NCBI GenBank assembly: GCA_039908535.1
Contig: JAMOAW010000006.1
Span: forward strand, 1,842 to 65,841
Source: Magnetococcus sp. DMHC-6
GTDB lineage: Bacteria > Pseudomonadota > Magnetococcia > Magnetococcales > JADFZT01
Direction: 5' to 3'
DNA length: 64,000 nt
Shown: positions 61,131-64,000 of the stretch, one piece after another
Numbering within the stretch: the first letter of the stretch is position 1
Layout: every line of letters starts with the position of its first letter
The notes under the pieces: model-generated
The model's input: only the letters and a program-made list of their open reading frames with translations
What the model was told of the DNA's origin: nothing
Database searches by the model: none
Made by a program: the position numbers and the translations under genes

Positions 61131-61735
61131 TGGAACGCCGCGCACTCTTTCGATTGGGTCTCAAAAACACCTTAAACGCTCTTGTCCAGGGTGTAGAAGA
61201 GCGCACGGATAGGCAAACCGCTCGTTGGTTTCGTCCACCGTTTGCTATCCGTGAACTCTATTTTCAACTATCTTGTACCCGTTGCGATAAATGTATACAA
61301 GCCTGTCCCTATGGGGTTTTATTTGCTTTACCCTTTAAATATGGTCCACAGGTGGCGGGAACGCCTGTTCTGGATCTTTTGCAAAAAGGGTGTCGCCTAT
61401 GTCGTGATTGGCCATGTGTAGCGGCATGTGAACCCCAATCTTTACGCCTTCCTCCCCAAACAGAAGGGGTTCCCCCCCCCCTGCCCCACCTCTCCAAGGC
61501 CAAAATCGACCCCTTGCGTTGTCTGCCTTTTATGGGACCGGAATGCGGGGCCTGCCAAGGAGTTTGTCCAGTTCCAGGAGCTCTTGCTTGGCAAGGTGCC
61601 CGGCCAACGGTTGTAGAAAGTGTGTGTGTGGGATGTGGGATGTGCCGCGAGGCCTGTGTGACTGCCCCCAAATCAATTCATTTAGTGCCCATCATTTTAG
61701 AAGCAAGCTCGAACACAGACAATCATGAAATTTAA
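61130..61735 (+). CDS. NapF-like cytoplasmic/peripheral polyferredoxin
   Basis: The ATG at 61130 overlaps the preceding TAA. The sequence is RPPFAIRELYFQLSCTRCDKCIQACP. Further Cys clusters are present (CRLCRDWPCVAAC, CGACQGVCP, CVGCGMCREAC). Confidence 0.6.
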   Translation: MERRALFRLGLKNTLNALVQGVEERTDRQTARWFRPPFAIRELYFQLSCTRCDKCIQACPYGVLFALPFKYGPQVAGTPVLDLLQKGCRLCRDWPCVAACEPQSLRLPPQTEGVPPPLPHLSKAKIDPLRCLPFMGPECGACQGVCPVPGALAWQGARPTVVESVCVGCGMCREACVTAPKSIHLVPIILEASSNTDNHEI

Positions 61736-63776
61736 TTTTTTTTTCTTATTAATAAGTTGCTTTATGGCAATCCAACCGATCATGGGGAATGAAAACCGCT
61801 TAGGCAACAGCCAAAGCCCCTATCTGCGCCAGCATGCCAGCGAGGCCATCCATTGGCAACCGTGGGGAACCGCCGCCCTAAAGCAGGCCAAAGAGGAAGA
61901 TAAACTCATTCTTCTAACCATCGGCTATTTAGCCTGTCATTGGTGCCGGGTCATGTCTGAAGAGACCTTCGCGGATGCCGAGGTCATCACCCGCCTCAAT
62001 GACCATTTTATCCCCATTCTAGTGGATCGCGAGGAGCGCGCCGATCTGGACACCCACTATCTAGCGGTGGCACAACGCATGATGGGACGCTCAGGTTGGC
62101 CGCAATTCATTTTTTTAACCCCAGATCTATTGCCTCTTTTTGCCGGAAACTATTTTCCTCCAGAGGACAAAAACGGCCAGACTGGATTCAGACATATTTT
62201 ACGTGATCTTGCCAAAGAGTGGCAGGAAAACCGTGCCGCACTTTTGAGCAACGAAGAGAGAACTAAAGCCCAACTACAATCTATGTGGCAACTCTCCTCT
62301 CTCCCTGGTGGCGAGGGCGACCCCCGCCAACGGGCGGCGCAACGTTTACGAGCTATTTTAACCAACTCTGCCGACAATGCCCCCCGATTTCCCCGTCCAA
62401 CCGCCTTATCTTTTCTTTTACGACATGGGGTACGCACCCATGATCAAAAATTGTTAGACGAGGTCCACGCCCTTTTAGAAGCCATGGCTGCAGGTGGTAT
62501 TCGCGATATTTTAGGAGGGTTGTTTCATCGTTATAGCGTGGATGCGGCTTGGCAAAAACCCCATTATGAAATCATGTTGTTGGATAACGCGCTTCTAGCG
62601 CGGGTCTACCTAGAGGCCTATCAGGTTTTTAGCACTTCTGGCGATGCCCTAGTTGCCCAAGAAATTTTTGAAGGTATTTTTAAACAGTTGCAGGTGTCGC
62701 AAAATAATTTTGGCTCTTCTTTAGCCGCCGATAGCCCAGACAGCCAAGGCAAGATGCGCGAAGGGACCTATTATCAATGGACACCCAGCGCAATAAAAAA
62801 TCTCCTTGGAGATGCCGGGTTGCAAAAAATCCAAAAATGGCTACACATAGAGGATGGCCCCTTACGCTGGAAAGGGCCAAGAATTCCCTGGAACGATCCG
62901 ATTTTAAAAGAGCTGACCCCTTTGCGCCAAGCCCGCGCCCAACGCTCTGCTCCGCAACGCGACGATAAAATCATCACCTCTCAAAACGCACTGCTGGCCA
63001 GTTCTTTGGCCTTAGGGGCGCGGGTGTTGGCAAAGCCGGAATATCTTCAAGTCGCCAAAGAGATTTTACTCCCATTGACCACCTATTTTCGCAAACACCA
63101 GACGCTTCCCCATATGCGCCTGGAGCACACCTGGGGAGAGACTGGTTTTTTGGACGCTTACGCCTTTACCATTCAGGCGTTGCTAGATATTTATGAAAGC
63201 GATTTTGATCTTTCTCATCTGGAATTGGCGCGCGAAATGGCCGAAGTGATGCAAAACCGTTTCCGCTCCAAAAGTGGCCCCTGGTGGAAATTTACCGCCG
63301 ATGAATCTCAAGAATTGATATTTCTAGAAGATCGAGAAGGTCTGCCCACTGCCAACAACGTGGCATGGAGCACTCTCGCCCGTCTATCCAAATGGCAAGC
63401 CCAAGAGGAAAAACGTCAACAACAGCTCTACCCCGCGCTCCCAGAGGCGATTCAACACTCAAGCGAACTTTTGCGGGCAGTGGATTATCTTGACCCAGAG
63501 GCGATCCAAGTGATTGTAGTTGGTTCCCCCTTTGATCCCATGACCCAGCTATTAACCCACGAAGTAAGCCGCCGCCTGTTACCAGGAGCCGTTTGGGCCG
63601 TTCTCGACCCCACCTCTGCGCCCCCTTCTCCCCACTGGCCCGCGTTAATCCCCCACCCCCTACAAAAAGGCCAACCCACCGCCTACCTCTGCCACCAAAA
63701 CCTCTGCCAAACCCCTGTTACCACAATAGAAGCCTTGAGGGAACAACTCGCGGCTATTGGCTATAAAGCTCCGTAG
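61725..63776 (+). CDS. DUF255 thioredoxin-domain protein (YyaL-like, thioredoxin + (alpha/alpha)6 barrel) with N-terminal signal/anchor
   Basis: The sequence NRLGNSQSPYLRQHASEAIHWQPWG...LLTIGYLACHWCRVMSEETF carries the CHWC motif. The N-terminal hydrophobic segment is FFFLLISCFMAIQPIMG. It overlaps the previous gene by 11 nt. Confidence 0.8.
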   Translation: MKFNFFFLLISCFMAIQPIMGNENRLGNSQSPYLRQHASEAIHWQPWGTAALKQAKEEDKLILLTIGYLACHWCRVMSEETFADAEVITRLNDHFIPILVDREERADLDTHYLAVAQRMMGRSGWPQFIFLTPDLLPLFAGNYFPPEDKNGQTGFRHILRDLAKEWQENRAALLSNEERTKAQLQSMWQLSSLPGGEGDPRQRAAQRLRAILTNSADNAPRFPRPTALSFLLRHGVRTHDQKLLDEVHALLEAMAAGGIRDILGGLFHRYSVDAAWQKPHYEIMLLDNALLARVYLEAYQVFSTSGDALVAQEIFEGIFKQLQVSQNNFGSSLAADSPDSQGKMREGTYYQWTPSAIKNLLGDAGLQKIQKWLHIEDGPLRWKGPRIPWNDPILKELTPLRQARAQRSAPQRDDKIITSQNALLASSLALGARVLAKPEYLQVAKEILLPLTTYFRKHQTLPHMRLEHTWGETGFLDAYAFTIQALLDIYESDFDLSHLELAREMAEVMQNRFRSKSGPWWKFTADESQELIFLEDREGLPTANNVAWSTLARLSKWQAQEEKRQQQLYPALPEAIQHSSELLRAVDYLDPEAIQVIVVGSPFDPMTQLLTHEVSRRLLPGAVWAVLDPTSAPPSPHWPALIPHPLQKGQPTAYLCHQNLCQTPVTTIEALREQLAAIGYKAP

Positions 63777-64000
63777 GCCAAGTTCGACATCATTCTTTGC
63801 TTGTTTTATTTTCTCTTCATAGCAAGGCTAGCGAGACGCCCGCGTTCCCAGGGGCAAAAATTTGAACATAGAGTATCCCCAAGAATTATCGGTGGTGCCT
63901 TTCAATGACCTAATCCTGCACAAGAACATGTCATTTCGCAAATTTAATGCTTGGCAAAGAAATTCTGATTGGTATAGCATGTTTCCATTCTCTCTCTTTT

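Overview
This 64-kb chromosomal window comes from a Gram-negative, proteobacterium-like genome. It is gene-dense (about 55 protein genes and one tRNA-Leu) with AT-rich intergenic tracts. All homology calls were made by eye from motifs in the supplied translations, with no searches run.

**Housekeeping genes:** glnS, mutM, tcdA, tatD, an FkpA-type PPIase, ccmI, and an RND efflux pair.

**Signalling genes:** HDOD, GAF, CZB-GGDEF, a cNMP-binding protein, a CHASE2 adenylate cyclase, a PAS histidine kinase with a sigma-54 response regulator, and a tandem hemerythrin.

**Redox genes:** 13 CxxCH heme motifs spread over 4 cytochromes, and two paralogous NapH/CcoG-like membrane iron-sulfur proteins.

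**Most interesting items:**
1. A translationally coupled five-gene operon runs from 14027 to 20045. It encodes a TPR protein, a J-like protein whose HPD motif is replaced by PPE, a GrpE-like protein, an Hsp70-like protein, and a zinc-ribbon protein carrying a perfect (EELAE)9(EEIAE)6 array.
2. A Tat-exported NapA-like molybdoenzyme lies in an atypical cluster from 52.7 to 63.8 kb. It has an upstream c4-type diheme cytochrome, two NapG-like proteins, a NapH-like protein, a periplasmic anchored protein, a polyferredoxin membrane protein, a NapF-like protein and an exported DUF255 thioredoxin-like protein. No NapB or NapD is visible.
3. A sigma-54 two-component system sits upstream of an operon encoding a Sel1 protein, a cytochrome c and two stand-alone 7-bladed propeller proteins.
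4. Two related families of G/C-tract palindromic intergenic elements are present. Family 2 has 11-bp terminal inverted repeats and 8-bp flanking direct repeats, which is MITE-like. One copy is inserted at the neuC start codon and another at the RBS of a redox gene.
5. An intact class-II Fic gene sits beside a decayed type I R-M methylase/specificity remnant. This island is bracketed by two direct family-1 copies.
6. A partial nonulosonic-acid (NeuB/NeuC) locus includes an acetamidino module.
7. Two Rpn/DUF4351 nuclease-like genes are present.
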